Source: Desulfatiglandales bacterium (lineage in GTDB: Bacteria > Desulfobacterota > DSM-4660 > Desulfatiglandales > Desulfatiglandaceae). From it: a stretch of DNA of 64,000 nucleotides. How positions within the stretch are numbered: position 1 is the first letter of the stretch; the number at the start of each line of letters is the position of its first letter. The stretch spans positions 3,040,001-3,104,000 of the forward strand of contig OY762721.1 of the NCBI GenBank assembly GCA_963666345.1, written 5' to 3'. Below are positions 21,913 through 31,914 of the stretch, in pieces. The notes under the pieces are model-generated. The model was not told where the DNA came from and made no database searches. It saw only the letters and a program-made list of their open reading frames with translations. The position numbers and the translations under genes are program-made.

Positions 21913-22230
21913 CTATGAGAAACGAAAAATAATCTTATCAAAATTCCTTATTTTTCCTTCATGGAACTCGATCCCCTCGTCTTCAAGCATTCTTGTTTTT
22001 TTCTGTATAGCGGCTCCTGCTGTCTTCCCCTTAAATCCCCCAATCCGACCGGATGAGGCAACAACCCGGTGTCAGGGAACCTCGGGGGCATAGGGATTTC
22101 TTTTCATGGCCTGACCGACCCCCCGATATGCTTTGGTTCCCACGGCATGGGCAATTTCTTTATAGGTCGTCACACGTCCTTCAGGCACCTTCCTTAAAAG
22201 ATCATACACCTTATCTGAAAAGGTTTTCAT
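21913..22230 (-). CDS. Single-domain O6-alkylguanine-DNA alkyltransferase (MGMT), probable selenoprotein (U53); not in ORF track
   Basis: MKTFSDKVYDLLRKVPEGRVTTYKEIA...RGVGQAMKRNPYAPEVP-TGA-HRVVASSGRIGGFKG...LEDEGI; TGA at 22074-22072 replaces C of PCHRV and the frame stays open 52 more codons. Confidence 0.85.
22036..22058 (-). promoter_or_regulatory. Candidate bacterial SECIS hairpin
   Basis: 13 nt after UGA: CCUCAUCC-GGUC-GGAU(U)GGGG, G-leading apical loop and a bulged U. Confidence 0.65.
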
Positions 22231-22311
22231 TTTCACCCCCTCTTTGATGAGTTATAGATACCATAATCTTTTATTACTTCTTCAAACATAACGATTTAAT
22301 CAGCGGCACGG

Positions 22312-22911
22312 TTAACAGTCTACGCCGAAATTGCCTTTTTGGGCGATCTTTACGATCTGCCTGTATCGGAAACAATCGGTTGTGTGGTCGTTCACCATGC
22401 CGACCGCTTGCATGAATGCATAGCAAATGGTTGAACCAACAAAATTGAAACCTCGCTTCTTCAAATCCCTGCTCATGGCGTCCGATAGCGCTGTATTCGG
22501 GGGGATTTCTGCTACGGCTTTCCTCTTGTTCTGAATGGGGATTCCATCAACGTAACGCCAGATAAATGAATCCAGAGATCCGAATTTCTCTATGATTAAC
22601 AATGTCGCACGGGCGTTCTTTATCGTTGATTCCACTTTCAGGCGGTTGCGTACGATACCGGCATCACCGAGCAGGCGGCTGACGTTCCGGGGTGTGTAGG
22701 AAGCAATTCTTTTATAGTCAAAATCGTGAAAAGCTTTCCGGTAGTTCTCTCTTTTCTTCAGAATAGTAAGCCAGCTCAGACCGGCCTGTGCGCCTTCCAG
22801 AATCAGCATTTCAAAAAGGCGTCTATCGTCATGCACGGGAACGCCCCATTCTTCGTCGTGGTAAGCAACATAAAGAGGATCGATCCCGCACCATTTGCAT
22901 CTTTTTTTCAT
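22312..22911 (-). CDS. tag: DNA-3-methyladenine glycosylase I
   Basis: RCKWC, YHDEEWG, LEGAQAGLSW, GMVNDHTTDC. Confidence 0.95.
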   Translation of the reverse strand: MKKRCKWCGIDPLYVAYHDEEWGVPVHDDRRLFEMLILEGAQAGLSWLTILKKRENYRKAFHDFDYKRIASYTPRNVSRLLGDAGIVRNRLKVESTIKNARATLLIIEKFGSLDSFIWRYVDGIPIQNKRKAVAEIPPNTALSDAMSRDLKKRGFNFVGSTICYAFMQAVGMVNDHTTDCFRYRQIVKIAQKGNFGVDC

Positions 22912-23072
22912 GTTTCTCCTGGGTCTGAAAATGGCCATATAGACCCATTTGGCGACCCTTTTTTGCATTTTTATAAGTCATACCAGATAGGTATAGTGGC
23001 TGGGCCCAAATATTCAAGGTAGCTCAGCAGGCCTGGATTTACAATCGACCTCGTGAAAGCAGATGTTCTTCC

Positions 23073-23393
23073 TCAGAGGTCAAGCTGCATTGAAATAGCC
23101 CGCTTTAGCCCCTCCAGTTCAGTATTTGAGATCGTTCCCGCTTGATTAATAAGCCGCTTTTTGCTGACCGTAGTAAGCTGATCAGCCATAGCTTTGGCCT
23201 TCTTCCCTCGAAGTGTAATATATGCCTCACTGGGATAAAGTTTATCGACACTACTTGTCAGGGGGATAACCTGGACTCTGTTAAGGAATTGATTTGCAGC
23301 ATCGTTACTGACAATAACGGCAGGTCGTTTTTTGCGGATTTCACCCCCAATGGAAGGTTCGAAATTTACCCACCAGACTTCACCCCTCTTCAT
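23073..23393 (-). CDS. PemK/MazF family toxin
   Basis: MKRGEVWWVNFEPSIGGEIRKKRPAVIVSND. Confidence 0.92.
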   Translation of the reverse strand: MKRGEVWWVNFEPSIGGEIRKKRPAVIVSNDAANQFLNRVQVIPLTSSVDKLYPSEAYITLRGKKAKAMADQLTTVSKKRLINQAGTISNTELEGLKRAISMQLDL

Positions 23394-23610
23394 GATTGAT
23401 ATCTCCAAAAGTGGCTTCAGTCCATTCGAGCGCTTCGGATTCCCTGACTTCATCATCAGCCATCTCTTTATAGGCGGCATATATATCTTTTTTAGTCACA
23501 TGAGGCCGGACTAAGTCTTCGATAAACCTGCTAATTTTTCTAGGGCCGATAACCTTCCGTAATCCTTCATAAACTTCTTCATCTACGGTAACAGTAAGTT
23601 TTTTTTGCAT
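23380..23610 (-). CDS. Cognate antitoxin (RHH-like)
   Basis: MQKKLTVTVDEEVY; overlaps toxin start; upstream inverted repeat CTATACGT-N7-ACGTATAG (23632-23654). Confidence 0.85.
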   Translation of the reverse strand: MQKKLTVTVDEEVYEGLRKVIGPRKISRFIEDLVRPHVTKKDIYAAYKEMADDEVRESEALEWTEATFGDINHEEG

Positions 23611-23733
23611 CTTAAACACCTCCACGAAAGACTATACGTATTATACACGTATAGGAGTGGGTGAGTCAAGGGGCCCTTCAATAAGGATCTGAATCGGCAG
23701 TATTCTTGAATCGAGTCATTTCCTCTTTTTCTA

Positions 23734-23805
23734 TCATAACGGTAAGGCCGACCGTCAGGGATGGAGCACAGCGGAATCCTCGTCCCGTGCAGTGTCTTGT
23801 CAGAT
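23734..23805 (-). repeat. Degenerate attC-like site downstream of tsaA
   Basis: Minus strand: ATCTGAC (R''-like) AAGAC ACTGCAC...CCGCTGTGCTCC...GTTATGA (R'-like). Confidence 0.5.
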
Positions 23806-23811
23806 ATTTTG

Positions 23812-24303
23812 TTATTTCTTGTAATTTCTTAATCCACGGACAGATGCCGTGTCATCAGAAACAGCATCCTGCCATCCTGATTGGGCATCCTTCCTTGAAT
23901 CAAACCTCTGTATATAGGGCTTTATATCGATTAAGGGCGTCCCGTCCACTATATCAATACCTTTTATATGGAGGATATTGCCTTGGATCTCTGTCAGGCG
24001 GACCAGACTCATTCCAAGCTTATTGGGCCGGTGCGGGGCGCGTGTAGCGAAAATGCCGTGCTCCTGTTCCGAAAGATACGGTTTTACACGCAGACATGTC
24101 TTCTGAGATTTATGGAAAAAATAGAACAGGTGAATATGGGAAAATTCATTAAGGTCCATTAACCCTTCGGCAAACTTTTGGTCTATGACAACAGTGCCTT
24201 CGATGTCTTTTGCAAAGACCGGCTGTATCGGAATGTCGGAAAGTTCCTTGTGCGGAGAATGGATTATGCCGATCGGCTTGAAAATGATTTTTTCTCTGCT
24301 CAT
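23812..24303 (-). CDS. tsaA: tRNA (t6A37) N6-methyltransferase TrmO/TsaA family
   Basis: KPIGIIHSP, GIFATRAPHRPN, DGTPLIDIKPY. Confidence 0.9.
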   Translation of the reverse strand: MSREKIIFKPIGIIHSPHKELSDIPIQPVFAKDIEGTVVIDQKFAEGLMDLNEFSHIHLFYFFHKSQKTCLRVKPYLSEQEHGIFATRAPHRPNKLGMSLVRLTEIQGNILHIKGIDIVDGTPLIDIKPYIQRFDSRKDAQSGWQDAVSDDTASVRGLRNYKK

Positions 24304-24895
24304 GCGTATGTCTCCTGAATTATTCCTCTTACAGTTTATGGCCAAGGACTTTCTTTTGCCGGATACAACTCCTGTTGTTTCTAATAAAAGGTCTCGGTTG
24401 TCTATGTCAAAGCATTTATTTAGAGGCTTAACAGGGAAGGCATATAAAACCTTCTGAGAAGGTGCGGAGCGCTGGAAAGGGGTTTTCTTGAAAATTGAGG
24501 CCATGAAAAAAGGAGAACTCAGTCCATCAGGGATTGATATGGTTGATAAAACAGACAGACAGTCGATTTTTACATCAGGAATGACAAACAGGTCTTTGAC
24601 CGGGAGCAGAAAGGATAAGGAACACATAATGCAATATGATCAGGCGGGGATTAAATCGCCCCGGTACCCTCTTGTGATTGCCTTTGGCATTGTTGGTTTT
24701 TATGGCTGATCGGAATATTTGGATAGGGTAAGTATTTTTAAGTTGAATTATCTCCCAACATTTCTACTTCCAATCATGTGTGTTCAGAAACACTGTAGCT
24801 AACCGATGATAAAATAGATGGAAACGTGATATTTGACAGAGAATAAGGCGTAATTTATAGTGTGCCAAACCTAAATTATTACCCAAGTAGGATCT

Positions 24896-25312
24896 ATGCA
24901 CATCAGAATCTGTCTTTTGATTTTATCCATTATCTGTTTTTCGGCTGACTCTGTTAAGGCTGGTGATAGCCCTGGCGAAACTAGTGTCTTCGAACTATTT
25001 AAGGATATGGAAGCTTCCTGGAATGCCCAGGATTCGGATGGTTATATGAAGTTTTTTCATAAAGATCTCAAGCTCAAACTTGGTAAGCCTGGTAATGTCA
25101 AATACTATTCCTGGGATGAATATGCCAAAAAACTACCCGGCCGTATGAAAAAATTTGGTCCTTTCAAAATGGTAAATCCCAAAATAATTAAGCTTGACGG
25201 CACCAGAGCCAAAGCTGAGGTGATTGTGAGGAAGAAAACCCGGGACTATGAAAATATATTCAATATGGTCTGGGAGGAGAACCGGTGGCAGATCACCAGT
25301 AATGAATGGTAA
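24896..25312 (+). CDS. Secreted NTF2-like fold protein
   Basis: Signal peptide, WNAQDSDGYMKFFH, WEENRWQI. Confidence 0.65.
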   Translation: MHIRICLLILSIICFSADSVKAGDSPGETSVFELFKDMEASWNAQDSDGYMKFFHKDLKLKLGKPGNVKYYSWDEYAKKLPGRMKKFGPFKMVNPKIIKLDGTRAKAEVIVRKKTRDYENIFNMVWEENRWQITSNEW

Positions 25313-25669
25313 ACGTTCCTCGTAATATCTATCCTGTCAGTCGGCATCAGTACCTCCTGCAATTGTTTTTGCAGAACATTACCGATGCCTGAATCAATTA
25401 TCCAGCGTCGCCACACTACAAAAGGTGGACGGAATACCTCGGAATACACGAGTATCTTGATCTCTGATAGATGGATTGAGCAGGGAGAAATTATTGGATA
25501 CCCATTAGCCCCGATAAGTTCAGGGCGTTGTCGATATCCTGATCCTTGATAAAGGCGGTGGAGGGCAGAGGCGATTTTCTTATCTGTTTAAAATGCACCT
25601 CATTTTTGCTAAGGTATGGGTCGTTACTTGAAACGCAAAAGCGTGGCTTCATGCAGAAATTGCTGAACG

Positions 25670-26041
25670 GTGAGGTGCGGGCCCTGCCGGATTCCATTGC
25701 CACCAGCGGTTTCCGGTGATCCGACCTTTTTCCTCGTTGAATTTCCCCTTCATCCGGTTTTCGCAGAAGCCTTGAAGGAGAGGGCGGAAGTCACCGCGGA
25801 AGTCAAACGTCTTATTGAAACTATATCAGGAGAGAAATCCCGACGTAAACTTCAGGAGCTTTTAGCGTTGAAACACTCTGAGAATTTCCTTAAGGCGTAC
25901 CTTTTGCCGGCGATAGAGGCCGGGTTAGTGGAAATGACCCTGCCGGACAAGCCGAAAAGCAGGCTTCAGAAATACCGGCTTACTGAAAATGGTCGGGCGT
26001 TGCAGAAATCTCTGAAAGAAGCTGTTCAGGCAAAAACATAG
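25670..26041 (+). pseudogene. Orphan C-terminal fragment with Fic-associated C-terminal HTH domain
   Basis: YLLPAIEAGLVEMTLPDKPKSRLQKYRLT; no credible N-terminus or RBS. Confidence 0.6.
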
Positions 26042-26149
26042 GGAAAAGACATGGAATAGCAAATCAAATACGGAATTGATGGTCGTGAACTTACGGTTTA
26101 CCTTGAGAAGGTATGTGTCCTTAATTTAAAAAAAAGGAGGATGTCTTGA

Positions 26150-27031
26150 ATGGAAGGTTTCAGCACGGATGAGATAATGCGGCTTGCCCTTGATCTGATA
26201 GGTGAGCCGGAGACCCCCAGGGATTCTGGAGTTCATGTGCCGGGCACAGGGATCAAGAAGCTTCTTTTTACCATGGACGCAAATGTGGGTCTCCTTCACA
26301 TGGCAAAGGAGATGGGCTTTGACTGTGTGCTGTGTCATCACCCGTGCGGCGCCCTGATAGAGCAGGGCGAGGTCTACGCAAGGCATCTTGATCTCATTGA
26401 GATGCACGGGATAGAAAAGGAAAAGGCCCTTGAAACCCTTGGAGACAGCCTTGAGCGTGCGGTCGGGAGAATAAGAAACAAGCGGGAGCGGATGCTTTAC
26501 AGGGAATCTCCCAATCAGACCGTGCTTGAAGTTGATGCGGCAAGGCTCATGGGTCTTCCCTTCATGAACATGCATAACGCATTTGATGAGGCTGGAAGAA
26601 GGATACTTCAGGCAAAAATCGATGCGGCCATAAAAGATAATCCCGATTTCACCCTGGCTCAGGTCCTTACCCTGATAAAGGAACTGCCCGAGGCGGTAAA
26701 GGCGGTCAATGATTACGCCATAACTCCTGTTATATTCATGGGTGATCCGGAAACGAGGGCGGCACGGACAGTGTTTGTCCACGGGGCCCTTTCAGCACCT
26801 CATCCTGAGATAATTGAGTGTTACTGGCAAAACGGATTTGAGACGGTCATCATGCTTCACGGCGAATTTGACCAGCTTGAAAAGCTTAAAAAGGAAAATG
26901 AAGGAAACCTTATTCTAACAGGGCATTTTCTGGGGGATTCGATCGGCATGACCCCTTTTATACGCGCCTTGAGAAAAAAGGGGGTTGAGGTGACCTGCAC
27001 CGGTGGTATAATCGATATAGACGGCCTGTAA
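26150..27031 (+). CDS. NIF3-like putative metal-binding protein
   Basis: DSG, KKLLFTMD, CHHP, MNMHN..D, GH..GDSIG. Confidence 0.7.
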   Translation: MEGFSTDEIMRLALDLIGEPETPRDSGVHVPGTGIKKLLFTMDANVGLLHMAKEMGFDCVLCHHPCGALIEQGEVYARHLDLIEMHGIEKEKALETLGDSLERAVGRIRNKRERMLYRESPNQTVLEVDAARLMGLPFMNMHNAFDEAGRRILQAKIDAAIKDNPDFTLAQVLTLIKELPEAVKAVNDYAITPVIFMGDPETRAARTVFVHGALSAPHPEIIECYWQNGFETVIMLHGEFDQLEKLKKENEGNLILTGHFLGDSIGMTPFIRALRKKGVEVTCTGGIIDIDGL

Positions 27032-27080
27032 GGCGAGCGGCCTTGCGGCTCAAAATTACCGTAAGATAAGGAGGAAGAAG

Positions 27081-27611
27081 ATGTTTGATTCTCTTATTGA
27101 AAAAAGAAGGAGCATAAGGAGATACAAGGACAGGGCGGTGGAGCAGGACAAGGTTGCGGCCCTGATCGAGGCGGCCCTTTTTGCGCCCTCTTCCATGGGG
27201 CGCACCCCCTGGGAATTCATAGTGGTTGACGATAAAGGGATGCTTGAAAAGCTTTCCACTTCAAAGGCCCATGGTGCCTCGTTTCTTAAAAACGCGCCCC
27301 TCGGCATAGTGGTCTGCGCGGACCCTGCAAAATCGGACGTGTGGGTGGAAGATGCCTCTATCGCGGCCATTTTCATCCAGCTTGCGGCCGAGTCGATCGG
27401 CCTTGGAAGCTGCTGGATACAGATAAGGGAGCGCATGCATGAATCAGGCTCAAAGGCGGGCGATTATGTAAAGAGACTTCTTGATATCCCTGATAACCTT
27501 GAGGTGGAGTGCTTTGTCGCGGCAGGCTACCCTGATGAGACAAAACCCGGCAAAAAAAAGGAAGACCTGCTCTATGACAGGGTTCATGCGGGAGTCTACG
27601 GAAAAAAATAG
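27081..27611 (+). CDS. Nitroreductase family protein
   Basis: RRSIRRY, APSS...PWEF, GLGSCW. Confidence 0.92.
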   Translation: MFDSLIEKRRSIRRYKDRAVEQDKVAALIEAALFAPSSMGRTPWEFIVVDDKGMLEKLSTSKAHGASFLKNAPLGIVVCADPAKSDVWVEDASIAAIFIQLAAESIGLGSCWIQIRERMHESGSKAGDYVKRLLDIPDNLEVECFVAAGYPDETKPGKKKEDLLYDRVHAGVYGKK

Positions 27612-27668
27612 GGTAATGAAATAAATGTTGCCTGTGCGGCAGGCAGCGGTTAAAGGAGGCGGCGGTAA

Positions 27669-29324
27669 ATGATTCATCCCCTGGCTGGAAAGCCTGTGCC
27701 TCAATCACTTTGGATAAACATCCCGAAGCTTTTGACGGATTACTATCTGAGGCATCCTGATGTGACGGAGCCTGCTCACAGGGTGGCCTTCGGCACATCG
27801 GGCCACAGGGGTTCTTCTTGTCTCTGCAGTTTCAATGAAGATCACATACTTGCTATAACCGAAGCTCTCTGCCTTTACAGGGAAAAAGAAGGGATAAAAG
27901 GGCCTCTTTTTCTGGGTATGGACACCCATGCCCTTTCAGAGCCCGCCCACTCCACGGCCCTTGAGGTGCTCGCGGCACACGGTATTGACGTCATGATCCA
28001 TGAGGACGCAGGCTTCACACCCACCCCCGTCATATCGCATGCCATTTTAAGCCATAACAGGGAAGGGGGCTCAGGGATAGCCGACGGCATAGTCGTGACC
28101 CCTTCGCACAACCCGCCTGAAAGCGGCGGCTTCAAATACAACCCGCCTGCGGGCGGGCCTGCCGACACAGCCATTACGGGCTGGATCGCGGATGCGGCAA
28201 ACAGGATACTCAAAAACAAAAACCGGGAGGTAAAAAGGATACCCTATGAAAGGGCGATAAAGGCCTCGACCACACACCCGTATGACTTTGTCACGCCCTT
28301 TGTAAGAGATCTGGAAAACATCCTTGACATGGACGTGATCCGCTCTTCCGGCGTCAGGATATGCGCGGATGCCATGGGCGGCTCAGGCATGGACTATTGG
28401 GAACCTCTGGCCGATCACTACGGGTTGAACATGGATGTCGTAAACAGGGTATATGACCCTGCTTTCAGGTTCATGACCCTTGACAGGGACGGGAAGATCA
28501 GGATGGACTGCTCTTCCGCCTACGCCATGGCGGGCCTGATCAAGCTTAAAGACAGCTATGACATCGCCTTTGGAAATGATCCCGATTTTGACCGCCACGG
28601 TATAGTCACCGGAAGCGGCGGGTTGATGAACCCGAATCATTTCCTGTCGGTTGCCGTGTGGTACCTGTTTCAGGAAAGAAAAGGCTGGCCGGAGGACGCC
28701 GCGATCGGCAAGACCCTGGTGAGCAGTTCAATGATAGACAGGATAGCCTCCGGGCTGGGTAAAAGGCTCTTTGAGACGCCTGTGGGATTCAAATGGTTTG
28801 TTGAGGGGCTTCTTGGCGGAACGTGCGCATTCGGTGGGGAGGAAAGCGCAGGCGCGACCTTTCTTCGAAAAGATGGCACTGTCTGGACGAGCGATAAAGA
28901 CGGTTTTATAATGGCGCTTCTTGCGGCTGAAATTACCGCCAGGACCGGCAGAGATCCGTCCGAGCATTACCGGCACCTTGAAGAAAGGTTCGGCTCACCC
29001 ATTTATGAGAGGATGGACGCGCCCGCAGACCGGGAGGAAAAGGAACTCCTTCAGTGCCTCTCACCCGATGATGTGGCCGCCTGCGAGCTCGCAGGTGAAA
29101 AAATAATCGCCAAACTGTCAAAGGCCCCCGGGAATAACTCTCCCATAGGGGGCCTTAAGGTGGTCACGGAGAACGGCTGGTTTGCCGCAAGGCCTTCCGG
29201 CACGGAAGACATCTACAAGATATATTCAGAGAGTTTCAAGGGGGAAGAACACCTGAAACTGATACAGGAAGAGGCCAAAGATATCATAGCAACGGCGCTT
29301 AAGGGAAATAAGCCGCCCGGCTGA
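27669..29324 (+). CDS. pgm: Phosphoglucomutase
   Basis: FGTSGHRGSS, TPSHNPP, DPDFDRH, RPSGTEDIYKIY. Confidence 0.96.
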   Translation: MIHPLAGKPVPQSLWINIPKLLTDYYLRHPDVTEPAHRVAFGTSGHRGSSCLCSFNEDHILAITEALCLYREKEGIKGPLFLGMDTHALSEPAHSTALEVLAAHGIDVMIHEDAGFTPTPVISHAILSHNREGGSGIADGIVVTPSHNPPESGGFKYNPPAGGPADTAITGWIADAANRILKNKNREVKRIPYERAIKASTTHPYDFVTPFVRDLENILDMDVIRSSGVRICADAMGGSGMDYWEPLADHYGLNMDVVNRVYDPAFRFMTLDRDGKIRMDCSSAYAMAGLIKLKDSYDIAFGNDPDFDRHGIVTGSGGLMNPNHFLSVAVWYLFQERKGWPEDAAIGKTLVSSSMIDRIASGLGKRLFETPVGFKWFVEGLLGGTCAFGGEESAGATFLRKDGTVWTSDKDGFIMALLAAEITARTGRDPSEHYRHLEERFGSPIYERMDAPADREEKELLQCLSPDDVAACELAGEKIIAKLSKAPGNNSPIGGLKVVTENGWFAARPSGTEDIYKIYSESFKGEEHLKLIQEEAKDIIATALKGNKPPG

Positions 29325-29388
29325 AAAATATCATCACGTTTGCCTTCTCTGCCTGCTTCGGAAATCCTACCCCCGGCATGAGCCGGGG

Positions 29389-29733
29389 CTACTCCTTTTT
29401 CTTGCCCTCTTTTTTCTTCTGCTTTTTCTGCTGCCTCTTACTTGCCTGGGCTTCCTCTTCAGCGGCCTTTTTGCTCTTTTTTTCCTTTTTGGGCGCGGCC
29501 AGTTTTTCGGCCTTTGTCTTTGCCATCTCAGCCGCTTTTTCCTCTTTGGCGGAAATAGCCTTTATCCTTGCTTTCACATCTCTTAATTCGGCCCTTATCT
29601 TTTTTACCGCGGAATCTTTTTTTATCTTATCCGATTCGATCCCCTGTTCTTTTAATAAAGAGATGCGTTGTTCAAGTTTTTCTTCCCAGTAGGTCTTCTG
29701 GGCAAGTCTCGCTGCTTTGTCTTTTGAACCCAT
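29389..29733 (-). CDS. Lysine-rich hypothetical protein
   Basis: Open frame with purine-rich RBS; helical K/E/A-rich composition. Confidence 0.65.
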   Translation of the reverse strand: MGSKDKAARLAQKTYWEEKLEQRISLLKEQGIESDKIKKDSAVKKIRAELRDVKARIKAISAKEEKAAEMAKTKAEKLAAPKKEKKSKKAAEEEAQASKRQQKKQKKKEGKKKE

Positions 29734-30222
29734 GTCTTTCCCCTTTCTTCTAACACACCCACACCCGATATTTTTTTGCGCCTTGAAATTTCCAGCCATA
29801 CGGCCTCAATTTAGAGTGTTCGAAATTTTCAGGCTCGGTCTGGGCTAAAGACTTGTTCTAATATCAAGAAATTCAAGAATAATAAATATAAAAATACCAC
29901 CTTGACTGTCCAGTATAAATATATGACGGGGCGGAACAGATTATGAATGCATGTTTCAACCATATTGCAGGTCGGACAGTATACGGGCTGCTATAATTAT
30001 AATATTTTACCTTAATTTAATTAAGATGTATATAATTTGATTTTTCTTGACCATATAATTCCCTTTTTCTATACTCTTTCACCATTCATGAAAGATCTTT
30101 GGCAGATGTTCGGCTTTTGGCCGTGATACCCGTTAAGAGGGTTATCTCCGTAGAATTGTGCCTGCCGGCCGGAAGCGATGCAATCACTTTTTTTAAACCG
30201 ACAACGTGATGGGAGGTCACAT

Positions 30223-31389
30223 ATGGGAAAGGTCGCTATTATCGGAGTTGGTCAGAGTGCATTTGTTCGAGGCTATCCCGGCTCAATCAGAGAACTCGCC
30301 TTTGAAGGTTTTAAGGAGGCGATGGAGGACGCCCAGCTGTCCACGGAGCAGATCGATGCCTCCATAATCTGTTCCGCCCCCGAATATGACAAGCAGAGGT
30401 CTCCTGCGGGGGTATTTGCCGAGTATCTCGGGCTGGTACCTCAGCCCACCTTTTACCTTGAAACCCTCTGCTCATCGAGCAGTACCGGCCTTAAAATGGC
30501 CTATTCCATGGTGAGCGCCGGTCTTCACGACATAGTGGCCGTGCTCGGATTTCAGAAGATGTCGGAGATATCGTCCGCCGAATCACAGGAAAGAATGGGC
30601 CGGGGCGCGGACATCCAATGGGAAAGCCCCTTCGGCACCATGATGCCCGCCTATTACGCGATGTATGCCAGGGCGCACATGGACAGATACGGCACCACTC
30701 CGGATGACCTGGCACTTATAAGGGTGAAGGCCGCAACTTACGGTCAGATAAATGAAAAGGCGGTCTACCGCAAGCCGGTCGATTTCGAGATGTTTTCAAA
30801 CCCTGAAAGCCCCATGTCCAATCCCGTGTCAAGCCCTCTGAGGGTCGGCGACTGCTGCGCCAACGCCGATGGAAGCTCATGCGTCATAGTCGCCAGCGAG
30901 GAAAAGGCCAGGTCTCTTTCAAAAAAGCCTGTGTGGATAATGGGAGTAGGGGCTGCATCAGCGGCGGTCAATATGGCCGGAAGGGATCTTTTTACCGGTC
31001 TTACCGTGGCGCAGCAGGCATCCGATGTGGCCTACAGGATGGCCGGGGTGGGACCGAAAGATATCGATGTCGCCGAGGTGCATGACTGTTTCACCATAGC
31101 GGAGATGATGGCCTATGAAAACCTGGGCTTTGCAGCCCCGGGGGAGGGAAAGGAACTTATCAAGGCCAAAGAGACCTACAGGGAAGGGAGCATACCGGTT
31201 AATGTCGACGGGGGGCTGCTGTCAAAAGGCCACCCTATCGGGGCGACAGGGGGATCTCAGATCAGGACGATAGTGCTCCAGTTGAGAGGCGAGGCTGGTG
31301 AGATGCAGGTCAAGGATCCCGAGATCGGACTGGTACACAATATCGGCGGTGTCGGTCTCTACGGTAATGTCACTATCCTGGGGAGGTAG
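30223..31389 (+). CDS. Thiolase (SCP2/archaeal-type acetyl-CoA C-acyltransferase)
   Basis: CSSSS, EVHDCF, GGLLSKGHPIGATG, HNIGG. Confidence 0.92.
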   Translation: MGKVAIIGVGQSAFVRGYPGSIRELAFEGFKEAMEDAQLSTEQIDASIICSAPEYDKQRSPAGVFAEYLGLVPQPTFYLETLCSSSSTGLKMAYSMVSAGLHDIVAVLGFQKMSEISSAESQERMGRGADIQWESPFGTMMPAYYAMYARAHMDRYGTTPDDLALIRVKAATYGQINEKAVYRKPVDFEMFSNPESPMSNPVSSPLRVGDCCANADGSSCVIVASEEKARSLSKKPVWIMGVGAASAAVNMAGRDLFTGLTVAQQASDVAYRMAGVGPKDIDVAEVHDCFTIAEMMAYENLGFAAPGEGKELIKAKETYREGSIPVNVDGGLLSKGHPIGATGGSQIRTIVLQLRGEAGEMQVKDPEIGLVHNIGGVGLYGNVTILGR

Positions 31390-31393
31390 CGAA

Positions 31394-31828
31394 ATGGGCA
31401 AGAAAAGGGAAATGGACGAAAGGTTCAAGAAATTTGGTACGGTAAGCTTTACTTCCATTACAAAGGTAAATGACTTTATCGACCACCTTGAAAATGGTAA
31501 GGTAATGGCAACAAGATGCAAGGGGTGCGGGCTGACCTTTTTTCCGCCCAGGGCGGACTGTTACAAGTGCCTGGCAAGCGATATGGAATGGACCGAGGTC
31601 TCGGGTACGGGCAGGCTTTTGAGTTACAGCAAGCTTGAATTCGCGCCGGTGGGATTCGGCGACGACCTGCCTTACTGTATCGCCCTTCTCGACTACGGCG
31701 ACTTCAAGGTGTTCGGCAGGATAGCCGACGGGCTCAAGGATGAAGATCTGCATGTGGGAATGGATATGACGACGGAGGCAAACACCCTTTCGAACGGACA
31801 GCTCAATTACGTGTTTAAGAAGGCATAG
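31394..31828 (+). CDS. DUF35 Zn-ribbon/OB-fold thiolase partner
   Basis: CKGCG..FFPPRADCYKC; 4 bp after thiolase. Confidence 0.9.
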   Translation: MGKKREMDERFKKFGTVSFTSITKVNDFIDHLENGKVMATRCKGCGLTFFPPRADCYKCLASDMEWTEVSGTGRLLSYSKLEFAPVGFGDDLPYCIALLDYGDFKVFGRIADGLKDEDLHVGMDMTTEANTLSNGQLNYVFKKA

Positions 31829-31914
31829 AGGCCTTACGGGTCCGATTCAAGTGAAAACCTATTATTTCAACTGATCCGGCGGGTAACCATATAACCTGTT
31901 CTGGGGAAAAGGCT

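Noticed and set aside
24304..24627. N-terminal extension of tsaA in the ORF track
   Set aside because: Family similarity starts at MSREK, which has its own AGGAG RBS
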